A stretch of DNA of 64,000 nucleotides, from contig JAAILG010000943.1 of NCBI GenBank assembly GCA_012026655.1, positions 1-64,000 on the forward strand, read 5' to 3'. The DNA is from Hydrolagus affinis (Eukaryota). Below, piece by piece: positions 1-11,493 of this stretch (its first letter is position 1; each line of letters starts with the position of its first letter). The notes under the pieces were generated by a model. The model saw only the letters and a list, made by a program, of their open reading frames with translations. It had not been told where the DNA came from and searched no databases. The position numbers were made by a program, and so were the translations under genes.

Positions 1-108
1 TTACCTCGATATATCGATTTTGCGATATATCGATATTTTTGAAATGTCTATATCGGCGTATCAATATGAAAATTATATCGGGTTTTATCGATATATCGCC
101 GGACCCTA
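1..108. mobile_element. End of a non-autonomous hAT-type DNA transposon (MITE), truncated by the window edge
   Basis: Repeated CGATAT/ATATCG subterminal motifs ending in GATATATCGCCGGACCCTA, like the TAGGG-type termini of fish hAT MITEs; unusually CpG-rich. Confidence 0.6.
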
Positions 109-369
109 CTCAGCACCTCTGGGCTTGCAAGGAGAGTGGATGGTGAGAGGAGGGTGGACATACTATTATATACATTTTTTGTTCTTTATTTATTTTGAGT
201 ATGTTTACTTCCAGACAAGGTTATGATTTGCAGTAAAAGATTTATGCATGTGTATGTCTGTGTGGGCAGCGCCTCAGAGTGATTAACAGTGGTGGATTCT
301 GAGCTAGGTGGGGGGAGTGGGTGGGGAGGTGGGGGGAGGGGGGCGTAAACACGGTCGAAGAGAAAGGTT

Positions 370-445
370 TCAGCGCCTTGGGACGTCCTCCCGACGTGAA
401 AGGCGCTCTATAAATGTAATCTGTTGTTGTTGTTATTTGTTGTTA
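370..445 (+). mobile_element. L2 LINE 3' tail fragment
   Basis: AGCGCCTTGGGACGTCCTCCCGACGTGAAAGGCGCT stem-loop, then ATAAATG and (TGT)n. Confidence 0.8.
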
Positions 446-520
446 TCAGGTGGGACTGAAAGAAGGGATAGATGGGGCAATGTAGAGTGATTGAGTTGGA
501 GTGTTTCAGTGTTTTGTGGC

Positions 521-821
521 ATAATAATAATCCTTGCATTTGATGCAGAGAATTTCACCTCTTCTAGACGTCTCAAAGCGCTTCACAGAATATATTGTAA
601 AGTGAATTGACTGTATATTTTTTAGGTGAATTGCAGCAGCCAATTGCACACAGCAGTGTCCCACATTCAGTCATGGATTGAAATGACCGATTTTTTTTTT
701 GATGGATTATTATTAGGGGTGGGGAATAAGGAAACTTGCCTAAGGTTTCACCCTGTCTGGAATTGAACCCAGGTCTCTCACTTGTAGGGCGAGTGCTCTA
801 ACCACTGAGCTACAGGACTCC
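521..821 (-). mobile_element. Full-length tRNA-derived SINE (SINE2-1_CM-like)
   Basis: Minus strand: A box TAGCTCAGTGG, B box GGTTCAATTCC, core GTGGGACACTGCTGTG, tail AAATGCAAGGA(TTA)n; many copies in window. Confidence 0.9.
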
Positions 822-1159
822 AGGCATAGTGGGTGAGATGCTAGAGTGTGACCTCCAGTCGTGCGGAGGCGCCAGGTGGTGGATTGGGGAGCGAGGAGTT
901 CGGAGAGGTAGGAAGATGCCAGAGAGGCAATGGACACTTCTATAGTACCTGCTGTGAGCTCTTAAGATAAAAATGAATGTTTCACACATCAACCACTGGT
1001 GGTGGTGGTGGGTGGGGGGGGGGGGGCAGCTTTTGGGAGGGCAGTTTAGGTGTGGGAAATAACTGATAATTTACCCAAATCACAGTCTGCTCAGGTGGGT
1101 GACACCAGACCAGTAAAAAGTTAGGAGGTTTCCTGTGAGCAGAAAGAACCTGTGTCGAC

Positions 1160-1385
1160 ATAGGAAGTCACTTACAAGTACGCGGGAAGTCGCCACAAGT
1201 TTGCAGGAAGTCACAGTGAGTACGGAGGAAGTCACAGCAAATACGCAGGAAGTCAAAGTGAGTACGCAGGAAGTCACCGTGAGTACGCAGGAAGTCACCG
1301 TGAGTACGCAGGAAGTCACCGTGAGTACGCAGGAAGTCACAGTAAGTATGCAGGAAGTCACTGCAAGAACACAGCAACTCACCGC
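1160..1385 (+). repeat. 21-bp minisatellite (GCAGGAAGTCACCGTGAGTAC), about 10 units
   Basis: GGAAGT at 1163, 1185, 1206, 1227, 1248, 1269, 1290, 1311, 1332, 1353. Confidence 0.95.
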
Positions 1386-2059
1386 AAGCATGCCGCCAGA
1401 ATCGGCGGTCACACAAAATGCCTTGTATCCTTCCATTTCTCTGTAAACAGATCAAGGATCACACCAAAGGGTTAACACGCAGCATGATAGACGGTTTGGA
1501 TGGTGGTGTGAGGAGGCTTCGGCAGTTTGTGATCTGGAAGCTGTGCGGCTGCTGCACATCGAGAAGCAGCAATCTATTAGGATCGCTTTGCTTCCTGCGG
1601 AGATTAACAGGAAATGAAGCCCAGTTAGCCACAAGACTGCCAACAAGACGCAGCCTCACCAGAGCTCAGCCTTGGAGAGGATCCAGACAGCAGAACTTAC
1701 AGCAGAATCCTTCCCAGCAGCCTGAGTGCACACGTAGTGTCGCTCCAATTGAACAATAATGGCCACTTGTATATATAATGTCTGTTGCCAAATTGAGGCA
1801 AGAGCAATCAACAGAACAAGTATATGGGCAGTCTTTCTGACTTCCAGCTTGACCTCAATCCCACTAGTCACATTGGGACTCCAACATTAAAGCTATGGCT
1901 AAAGTTCTTGCATTCCAGATCAACACCATTATTCTGCTTAATTGACTTCCATCTTGCTTTATTTCTTAACTGAAGCAGCAGACGGCTCTTACTTTCTGCT
2001 ATTTTATGTAAGAGAGTGTCAACTTAATGCTATAGTATCATAAAAACAACAATAATAAC

Positions 2060-2295
2060 AATAGCAATTATAGTATTCGCATTTGAATAAGGAGATTTCA
2101 CATCAGGAACAAATCTGAAAGTGCATCACAGGGTTTACTGTAAAGTGCAGAGTGTGTGTTTTGGAGGTGAACGTTGCGGACAGTTTGCACAAGGCAAAGT
2201 CCCACAAACAACTATCAAGCGAATGAACAATTTTGTCTATTGAATTGAAGCCAGGAGAAACTCCCACCTCTTGTTGAGTAGTGCCATGGGATCCC
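2060..2295 (-). mobile_element. Old DeuSINE 3' part
   Basis: Complement of Deu motifs GATCCCATGGCAC and GTTTGTGGGACTTTGCCTTGTGCAAA plus tail. Confidence 0.7.
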
Positions 2296-2759
2296 AAAAC
2301 ACTGGTGAAGTGAATGACCAATTTATCAACGAGCGTGTTAACATTAAACTGGTTCAGGATGGACTGGAACGCACACTATGCAGTCCACAAGCCTTGGTTC
2401 TCACCAACCTATGCCTGAGAGGTAAGCAGGATGCATCCTGCAGATGAGGGATGATGGCTTTCAGCACAGAGTAGCGGATGTGTGTGGGCAGAACTCCCAA
2501 CAGAAAATCCTGGTGCGACAGTAGTTGACACACATCTTCATAAGATAAAAGACCGAAATAAGTATCTGTTGTAGAACAGATTTGGGGACAGCTGTAGAAT
2601 GAAACAAACAAATCCCCCACAAGGGACACAATGGAATTCTGTGCCACAGAAAGGGAAGGAAGGAGAGAGCGCAGTATTTTGAACAGTTGAAAAACAGGAT
2701 TACAGAAATACTCCAGAGTACGTCTTTACAACTGTGCTTATTCCAGAGTGTGTGCAAAT

Positions 2760-2930
2760 TGATCAATTAATCCACGACTGTTTTGTGGGACACTGCTTTG
2801 CTGCCTATGTTTCGCCCATACATACGCAGTCAACCTACTTTACGGTATATTCTGTGAAACGCTTTGAGACGCATCAACGACTTGTGAGGCGCTATATCAA
2901 ATGCAAAGAATATTAAGATTATTATCACTA
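2760..2930 (+). mobile_element. tRNA-SINE, 5'-truncated
   Basis: CCACGACTG...GTGGGACACTG...GCGCTATATCAAATGCAA. Confidence 0.85.
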
Positions 2931-3272
2931 TTATTGCCTCTGAGATTCACGGTGCACCTCTGCAATATGCTATCCACAAGATGGTACAGAAGGTGAAAAT
3001 ATCTATGTCTTGCCCTACAGGCACCTCTGAGGAGAAAGCCCTAACGGCAGTGGCCAACATTTGGAACGGAAGATTGATTTCAGTGAATCGAATCACTACT
3101 TAAAAGGAAAATATTTACAATCCCAGCTCTCTGGTGTACTGTGCAATAGCTACGAGGGATTGGTGTTCATTAAATCTCAATCGCCAGCACTGCTGCTCTG
3201 GCCTCTAGTTCACTGGGAAGGAAAATAGCCATGCTTACTGCAAGTTTTTTTTTGCAAACAATATTATACATA

Positions 3273-3465
3273 CAGCAAAAGCCCGTTTACCTGATCAACC
3301 ATAACTTCTGTATAACCGGCATCGCAAAAAAAAATCCGCATTCGATTAACCGGAATTTATCCGGAAATCTGCATTGAAATTTTTTTTTGTTTTTTGCGTT
3401 TTCAGCCGAATATCCGGCAGGCATCGGCCAGGTCCCAAGGGTGCCAGATAAACAGGCTGTTACTG
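3273..3465. mobile_element. Tigger/pogo-like (Tc1-mariner superfamily) MITE, copy 1
   Basis: TA then CAGCAAAAGCCCGTTTA ... TAAACAGGCTGTTACTG terminal inverted repeats; homologous to 62252-62469 in the opposite orientation. Confidence 0.8.
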
Positions 3466-4331
3466 TGTATATTACATTTACATCTGCCGCATAATGCTGT
3501 GTTTAAAACAAGAGTGGAGATCAACAGATTTCTTTATCTCCATTGCTTTGCCTTTCTTGCTTCTACTTCCTGGCCGAGAGAGTGGAGGGGGGAGGTTTCA
3601 GCAGCGAAGGGAATGGTCTCCTTGGCACTGAGCTGGCTCCAAGGTGACATGCTTGCCAACGTAACATCAGAATCCAATCCTCCCTCTGTGCAGGTCTCGG
3701 TAGACCAGTTTGTGAGCCAGGCAGGTCCACAGTATTCCATCCAGGGTACTGTTGATAACAGCCAGCCAACCTGGCACATTGGCAGGACTTTTGGGAGAGA
3801 AGTGAAGGGGACAGAAACGACACACTGGGAGCAGGGATTCTTCTCAATCAGATCCTGTTATCCCTGTAAGGCAAAGCCCTGATAGATAGCCCTGGATGGT
3901 GCCGCACTGGATAATCAATGCTGACAGTGCTCTGAATGATGTGCTTTAACTGGTTAAATTGTGGCAATACTTCAAAGCACACTCCAAAGGGCCCAAACCT
4001 GGCTCTTGCCAACCTATGCCTAATACTGACCAGAATTAGGTGAGAAAGGTGCGTCCCCCCAGCAAGTGAGTGCACATTGCATTCCAGACATGGGGAACTG
4101 TTCATGTGTAGGTGCCACAGATATGTGGAACTCACTGTTTACTTAGGCAAATACGCTTAAGCAAATGGGTTTTCACATCTGTCAAGACACCTGGTTGGCC
4201 ATGAAATAAATAAAATGTCTTAAAATTTGAGATTTTGCAGAAATGCTTCTTAATTTGAAATGAAGAAAAGCTTTAATTAATTTGAAAGTCTATCAAACAA
4301 ATTTGGACTGAAGTTAGGTATTCTCTACAAT

Positions 4332-4643
4332 TAATAATAATCTTTTCAGTTGATATAGTGCTTTCCACATCTTCTAGACGTCTCAAACCATTTCAAAGAC
4401 TATACTGTGAAGTGAATTGATTGTATATTTGTGAGCGAAAGGAGGCAGCCAATTGCACACAGCAGTGTCCCACAAACGGTCGTGAAAGATGACCAATTTT
4501 TTGGGGAGGGATTATTATCAGGCTTGATAATAAGGAAGGAACGTAAGGAAACTCACCCAAAGTTTCGCCCAGCCTGGAATCCAACCCAAGTCTCTCGCTT
4601 CTAAGGGCCAGTGTTCTTTCTAACCACTGAGCTACAGGGCTCC
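4332..4643 (-). mobile_element. Full-length tRNA-SINE
   Basis: Head, core and tail all present. Confidence 0.9.
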
Positions 4644-5084
4644 ACAATTCTATCCAGTCTAAACTTTAAACACAAAATGGGTGAAATTTCAGAGCAATAA
4701 AGATGTCACAATTAGCTTGGTCTACATCAGGTAAACAGATGTAACTTTCATGAGTTTACTGTTTTCAGTTGTACTTTTTTTTATATATCAATCTATAGGA
4801 TTACACTGAATCTGGAAGTGGTGTAGCATTACATCAAAATTACACTAACTGTCTGACTGAGTGACAAGCCATTAGACTAAAATGCTGGAACTTACTTTTC
4901 CAACACCTTTATCAATAAATCATCAGTCCCTGGCTTGATCAAAATTGTTGTAAATGCCAATACAGTTAATTGGGCAAACATGCAATAATACCTCCTTTCT
5001 CCTCTCCCAGTCACAAGTCGTCTGGGGAGACCTGGAGGGCTCCAATTGATTGTACATTAGTTCACTATTAAACTGATTCATGTG

Positions 5085-5505
5085 TGAGTCTGTCTCAGTC
5101 GGCAGCACTCTCACCTCCAAGTCAGAAGGTTGTAGGTTCAAGCACGGTGTCAGGGCTTTAAGATCATAGTTTAGTCGGACGCTTGAGGGAACTGCTGTAG
5201 ATGTGCTGCATTGTTTGAGGTGCTGCCCTTCAGATGCGACATTATACTGAGGTCTTGGCTGTCTGTTGAGGTGGATGTTAAGGATCCACCACACTGGTTG
5301 GTAAAGAGAAGGAAGTTTCTCTCTTCCAATGTCTTGGCCAACAATCCCCTAGATCAAATTGGTTACTCAAGCTGTTTGTGGAATGACACTGAACGCGAAT
5401 GCAGCATTTGCCTACAAATACGGTTTACGGTACAATTCCGTGAGGCTCTTTGAGATGTCCTCCCAACACGCAAGGTGCTATAACAACTGTGAAAATTGTT
5501 ATTAT
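5085..5505 (+). mobile_element. Near full-length DeuSINE (SacSINE1-like)
   Basis: Head CTCAGTCGGCAGCACTCTCACCTCCAAGTCAGAAGGTTGTAGGTTCAAG, Deu body AGGTGGATGTTAAGGATCC...GTCTTGGCCAAC, L2-type tail. Confidence 0.8.
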
Positions 5506-5589
5506 TACTCTCAGCAAAAGCAAATTGTGCAAGTGCAAACACCTATGCAAAGAGAGAATAATGATAATAATATAATATGTGAGATTATC

Positions 5590-5851
5590 TAGAAGACACG
5601 AAAAGCGCTTCACGGAATATAAAGTGAATTGACTCTATATTTGTGGGCGAAACGTAACAGCCAATTGTGAACAGCAGTGTCCCACAAACAATCATGAATT
5701 CAGTGATCAAATTATTATTGTGTTTTTTTGGAGGGTTTATTATTAGGCGTGTGAAGCAAGGAAACTTGCCCAAGGTTTTGTCCTGCTGGGAATTGAACTC
5801 AGGTCTCTCACTTGTAATGTGAGTGCCCTAACCACTGAGCTATAGGATTCC
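5590..5851 (-). mobile_element. tRNA-SINE
   Basis: Head and core present, tail damaged. Confidence 0.85.
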
Positions 5852-6244
5852 AGAATTGTAGTCACCCTTCAATATGTGATTAATAATCAATAAAAAATAA
5901 TTGTGTCTGGTAACTAACTAAAAAAGAGCCAGGATTTGGGTCAAAGCCAGGTGATAGTATCACTGGTGGGAAATTAAATTGCTCTGTACATCAGATTGTC
6001 TGCATTACCTAAAACCGAACAGTCTGGATTTAAACACAGTTGGTGCTGAGAACATTTCCCCTATAAATAGATGTCTCTGCTAACCATACCTTATCGGCAG
6101 CATGAATATAATGAGGGCAAACTGCTCACTGTGGGCCCTGACAACATACTCACTCTGTGTGTTTAATGCTCTCTCCCTGTGAGGACTACCGTGGGACAAA
6201 GCACAGGCATCTCTCTCCAATCCCTGCCCCCAGCACAGTAATAA

Positions 6245-6650
6245 ACATAAATAATAATAATCCTTTCATTGGATATAGTGACTTTCGCCACAAGGGGATG
6301 TCTTAAAGCTCTTCACAGGAATTTACTGTAAAGTACTGTAAAGTGGTACTGTGTACTTTGCAGGTGAACGCGGCAGCCAATTTGCACACAGCAGTGTCCC
6401 ACAAACAGCTATCAAGTGAGCGATCAATTTTATGTAGGGGACATTGGGTGAGATTCCCTTCTCTTGTCAAATAGCGCCGTGGGATCTTTAACGTTAACCA
6501 GAACAGGCGGAACAGGGGCCTCGGTTTATTGTCTCATCCAAGAAACAACATCTAAAATAGTTTGGCTCTTCCCCCAGCATTGCCCTGGGGTATCAGCCTA
6601 GATTATGAGCTCAAATGCCTGACATTGGGGCTTGAATCCAAAACCTTCCA
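6245..6650 (-). mobile_element. Near full-length DeuSINE
   Basis: GCCGTGGGATCTTTAACG, GGGGCCTCGGTTTA...CTCATCC and CAGCCTAGATTATG are complements of Deu-domain motifs. Confidence 0.8.
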
Positions 6651-7124
6651 ATTCATTATTTGCTGAATTATTTAAAGAATGCTCCAGCAGTGAACGCTGG
6701 AGTAGACGGGGGAGTAAAACCTTGTGTGATTCCTGATTTGCCGTTGTGTTTGTTGTCTGACATTGGTTGGGTGAAGCTATTCTGTCATGTGTTAAAGCCC
6801 TGCTCTAATCCTTCTCTTACAACTGGGTCAGCAGAGATGATAATTACAGCACAGACATCAGCTGCAACCAGCATGCACACAGCAGTCAAACCGGATTTTA
6901 TACAGAGCTCCGAGCAGCCTGGAACACCAACAATGAGGTGTGCTGAGCAGGTAGATAGGGATGAAGACTTTCTTTGTCTCTTTCAATGTGGCACTTTTCC
7001 TCTTATTTCATATCATTTTATGCTTTTTTTAAAAAAAATATGATCTATACACAGCCCCATGCCAATGCCTGGTCACTAAACTCAAGTATGAATTGAAGCA
7101 AACAAAAAAAAATGTATTTCAGAG

Positions 7125-7250
7125 AAAACTTGATGCACATGGGATGGAGAATGGAATAGAGAGGTGAAAAAGAGGGGAATAGATGATAGAGTGTAAATAA
7201 TGGCACAGACTAGTTGGGCTCAATGGCCTGTAGCCGTGCAGTATCGCACT
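7125..7250 (+). mobile_element. CR1 LINE 3' end
   Basis: GGCACAGACTAGTTGGGCTCAATGGCCTG CR1-type tail. Confidence 0.6.
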
Positions 7251-7254
7251 ATAT

Positions 7255-7445
7255 ATAATAATAATAATCCTTGCATTTGATAGAGTGCTTTTCGCATCTT
7301 ATTGACGTCTCAAAGTGCCTCACAGAATATACTGTAAAGTGAATTGACTGTATATTTGTGGCAAAACGCGGCAGCCAATTTGGCACATACGTGGATTGAA
7401 ATGACCAATTTTTATTACTGTTGGTTTTTTTTTGACGGATTATTG
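7255..7445 (-). mobile_element. tRNA-SINE 3' part with internal deletion
   Basis: (ATA)nATCCTTGCATTTG tail and core. Confidence 0.85.
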
Positions 7446-7910
7446 TAACTCTATGAATTAAGACACCTTCAGGAGGTGAGGAGCCAAAAGTGGAAAGGAA
7501 AAAAAAGTATAGAGTGAGTCACCAAAAAGTTGGGAAGCTACCCTATTAACGAAAAAAAATCATAGTTTTTTTGGGAGTTTTATCAGACATACAATGGTAT
7601 CACCTCTTTTTGGTCAGTCACCTTGTACTTGTGTGGAAACCCTTGACTGCCCAGCGCCTTGGGATATCCTCCTGATGTGAAAAACTCTCTATAAATGCAA
7701 TTTGTTGGGGGGGTTTTGTGTGTGTGAGACAGAGAGAGAATGAATCATCGCGGAGGACTGATATCTCCTGTGCTAACCCCACCGCTCATTCAATATATAA
7801 CAGACAACTATAAATCACATCTAACCCAGGGCTGATTTTGCGGTATTTCTCAGAGATCCAGATGTTCATGACATTGACTCTACAATAGTACCCGTTGCTT
7901 TTGCTCTACC

Positions 7911-8198
7911 GTGTCTGGCCTCCTCCTTGTCCCCCGAATCCTCCGCTCCGCCATCGGCGGCCGTGTCTTTAGCCACTATGCCCCGAGGCTCTGGAGCTCC
8001 CTTCCTCGCTCCCTTCACCTCGCTCCCTCTCTTCCTACTTTCAGGTCTCGGCTAAAGTCCTTTCTTTTCGACCTCGCTTTCCTTCACCTTTTTCCCCCTC
8101 CCCCTGGCTCGGCCCCGGGAATCCCTTATTGGGAAGCGCTCTGAGACGCCGTCCGGCGTGGAGGGCGCTATATAAATCCAAGTTGTTGTTGTTGTTGG
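7911..8198 (+). mobile_element. L2 LINE 3' fragment (ORF2 C-terminus plus tail)
   Basis: Translation GGRVFSHYAPRLWSSLP...FRSRLKSFLF matches the L2-clade ORF2 end; (GTT)n tail. Confidence 0.9.
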
Positions 8199-9162
8199 CA
8201 CCGTCTGTCTCTACTCTCAGAGTGGGGACAAACCCCCCCAACACAGATTTCCTCACCAAGAAATCCTATTATGAAATAATACAAAATTGACCCAGCATGG
8301 GAAGCATCCGTGAGCTATCAACAAAGCTGGAACAATGTAGCAGATTCCAGCTTAAAAGACTGAATAGATTTATTTTCTAACCACAATATGGCAACAAATC
8401 CATTTCCAAGGTACTTAAATGTACATTTAAAGTTCCCAATCACTGAACAGCCTGAAATTTAATAGGAAATTAATTTTCACAATATACTTACACTCTGCTA
8501 AATGGTGTTTTGTCAATATTAACCCCGGGTATGGAGCTGGATAGAAACCTGACATTCTCTCTCTCTCTCTGACTCTCTCTCTGTGTCTCTCTGAACTCGA
8601 TGAAAAACGAGAGAACATATTGTCGGTTAAGCAGTTTTTGTCTAACTACCTCAGACGTGTAGATGGGAAAAGACAGGTGTTCTTCAATAAGGAGCACGTG
8701 CCACTTGAATACACATGGAATGCTCTTTGAAGACAGAGCCGAAGCAATAATGCCATGGCAACACTTCAAGTCAGGATCACTCTCGGCTTAGCAGACCACA
8801 ATAATAATCAACCTTGCATTTGATATAGCGCCTTATCACGTTTTCACAGAATATACAGTGCGATTTAGTGACTGTGTGTCTTGTTTAAGACAAGTGCTTA
8901 TTACCACTGCACCCCCCCACCACCCTCCGCCCACTCAAAAAAAAGTAATTTTAGGCTAGTTTCACCTCGGATAGAAGATCATCTACATTTGCCACAAGGA
9001 GCCCAGGTAAGAGAATAGAATCAACCAGGAGTTCTGTTCCTGTCCTGGTTCCCAACCAGCTTTTTCCCCGCTCCACCCTGGCCTCCGGCTGGCAGGTACT
9101 GGTGTGTTGAGGGCCAACATTTTACCTACCCAGTTGTATCCTGTCAGACTCATTTACAGTTA

Positions 9163-9260
9163 AAAACAAGTTGCTGGGAACCCTCAGCAGGTCAAGCAGT
9201 GTCTAGGGAGCGCAAATTCTGGTCACCGACCTGAAACTTAAACTCACTTTCCTCTCTCGT
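9163..9260. mobile_element. Penelope-like terminal repeat remnant
   Basis: GTTGCTGGGAACCCTCAGCAGGTCAAGCAG resembles 20885-21020. Confidence 0.55.
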
Positions 9261-10849
9261 TAACTCACTTTCCCCTTTCTCGGTAAAGCAGATCTTATAT
9301 TGAGTGCCACCGTTTTTCCAAACTGAGTCAGGCTTCGAAGCAACTGAATGGATTGAGCAAAAGAGCTAGTTTGATTTAGTTCCTGCCTGCGGAAGGCAGA
9401 GTTTAAACACCTTAAAGTGAACAACAAAGCCTTTTTGTTTTATAGCTCTTGTCAACACTGCCAACCTAAATCTTGCACCCAACACTTCTGGCTGTCTGTT
9501 TTCTGGACTGTATTGTATAAGACGCCTCAAAGGCAAAATCTCTGTTTCACCGTTCTTCTGGGGGTTTTTTGTGTGTGTTGCAAAGAAAGTTTGCACCGCT
9601 GTGTTAAAATTCAAACAATGATAATGTTATATAATTTTAATAATCCTTGCATTTGATCTAGTGCCTTCCCACATTGTTGGGACTTCTCAGAGCGCTTCAC
9701 TGAATGTACTGCAAATATAGTGAGTTGACCGTATATTTTGTAGGCAAACTGCAGCAGCCGAATGTCAATTTAAGGGTTTGTGATGGATTCAACAGCAATT
9801 GCTCCCCATGTTTAAGCAGGCATTGGAATGGTGATTCCACCAATACAGACTTTGGTGAAAGCAATCTAAAATTAAGTTACAATAATGATAATATACCATT
9901 TCCATTTGAATAGGCAAGGCATCCATCATGTAACACTGTCACTCCAATGACTCACCCACCCCCCCCCACCCCCCCCCACCCCACCCCCCACCGTCACCCG
10001 CTTCCCCATCTCAGGCATGTCTGACTACACAGGTGGATGCTAAAGATCCCACGGCTCTATCTTAAAGGAGAAGGGAGTTTCCTGACTAATAATTTGCCAC
10101 ATAAAATTGGTCCCTCACTCCATGTCCGCTTGTGGGACTCTGCTGTGCGCGAACAGGATGCTTGCTGTGTCACTATACTTCACTGTAAAACATACGCAGT
10201 GCTTTGAGATGTCTTCCTGACATGAAAGGTGATATCAAATGCAATGACTATTTCATGGACAAATCGCAGAGCCACTGCCCTTAACACGGGTATTTACAGC
10301 GTACGCGTACCATGTGAAGAGCCATGAGAGGTGCAAGCCACATCTACCTGTTGCAAATGAATCAATGAATAGAAAACAGCTGAGCACATTTATCGCAGTC
10401 ATTCCAAGATCAGCTCCACATTAAAAACATTCTCCCTGCATCTAATCCATGCTGATGCCCATTCCCTTTCTAGACTGCCAGCAGGTTATAGTTTCCAATG
10501 GGAATGTTCCAGGATGCATTCAATGCTGATTCCTACAGAGGGGACATTTATTCACTTCGAGGACACATTTATTTTGTTGGGAGGAAATGAAAAAAAGCTG
10601 CAAATAGTTGTTTTCCATTTGTTGTGATGAATAGATCACATTTCTGGAACACACTAGCAAAAGAATGAGGCAGTGATGGCGATGGGATGTGTGGTCATTT
10701 ATTTCAGAGGATAGAGCGATATCCTGTCCAAAACGTCTATAGGGAGATTTCCCCCTTTCCCCCCACCCTCAAAGAAAGATATTTATTCCATTTAAAAAAT
10801 GTTTTAAAACCAGGTGAAACAGAGCTAACGGATGTAATCTTCTTCCTCA

Positions 10850-11000
10850 AATAATATAATAATCCTGGCATTTGAGATAGTGCTTCACAGAATATAATAA
10901 TATTGTAAAGTGGACTGGCTGTGTATTTTGTGGGTAAAATGTGGCAGACAATTGAGCATAGCAGTGTCCCACAAACAGTCGGGGATTGAGTGACAAAATT
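10850..11000 (-). mobile_element. tRNA-SINE 3' part
   Basis: Tail and core GCAGTGTCCCACAAACAGTC. Confidence 0.85.
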
Positions 11001-11151
11001 ATTCTCATATATTTTTGGAACAGATTGATATCCACAGAGATGCGGTGACAAGGAGATAAATTATACCGGTGGATTACTTTCCCAGAGTGAGTGGTATGAA
11101 CCTAGCTCCGGATGGGGTCTGATGCTCTCCTAAGATGCTGCCCTGTGCAAA

Positions 11152-11320
11152 ATAATAATAATACTAATCCTTGCATTTGATATAGCGCTTTTCACATTTT
11201 ATCTATGTCTCAAAACCCTTCACAGAATATATTGTAAAGTGAATTGACTGTACATTTGTGGGCGAAACGCGGCTGCCAATTGCGCACAGCAGTGTCCCAC
11301 AAACAGTCGTGGATTGAAAT
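11152..11320 (-). mobile_element. tRNA-SINE 3' part
   Basis: Close to the apparent consensus. Confidence 0.9.
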
Positions 11321-11493
11321 AAGTCACATCAACGCAAGCTGTTGTTGTTGCCAATCTCTCTGCTATCTCTCATTGGGCAGGGAAGGCCAGAATTGTTAGA
11401 CACATTTTTTGCTCTTCATTTGGCTCATTTGATTGATTTCAAAAAAAAAATCCCACTCAGACCTGCCACATGAGTTGCAATCATAAGATGGAT

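Noticed and set aside
1160-1385. CRISPR array
   Set aside because: Contiguous tandem units with no unique spacers, no cas genes, and vertebrate context.
1135-1446. ORF with TQEVTVS heptad repeats as a protein-coding gene
   Set aside because: The frame is open because the 21-bp unit lacks stops in several frames; non-ATG start and no recognisable domain.
3394-3882. 162-aa ORF
   Set aside because: Begins inside a MITE at a non-ATG codon and shows no recognisable family.
9955-9995. G-quadruplex-forming C/G runs (also near 305, 12965, 53250, 63215)
   Set aside because: Low-complexity runs of this kind are common throughout the window; there is no specific evidence of function.
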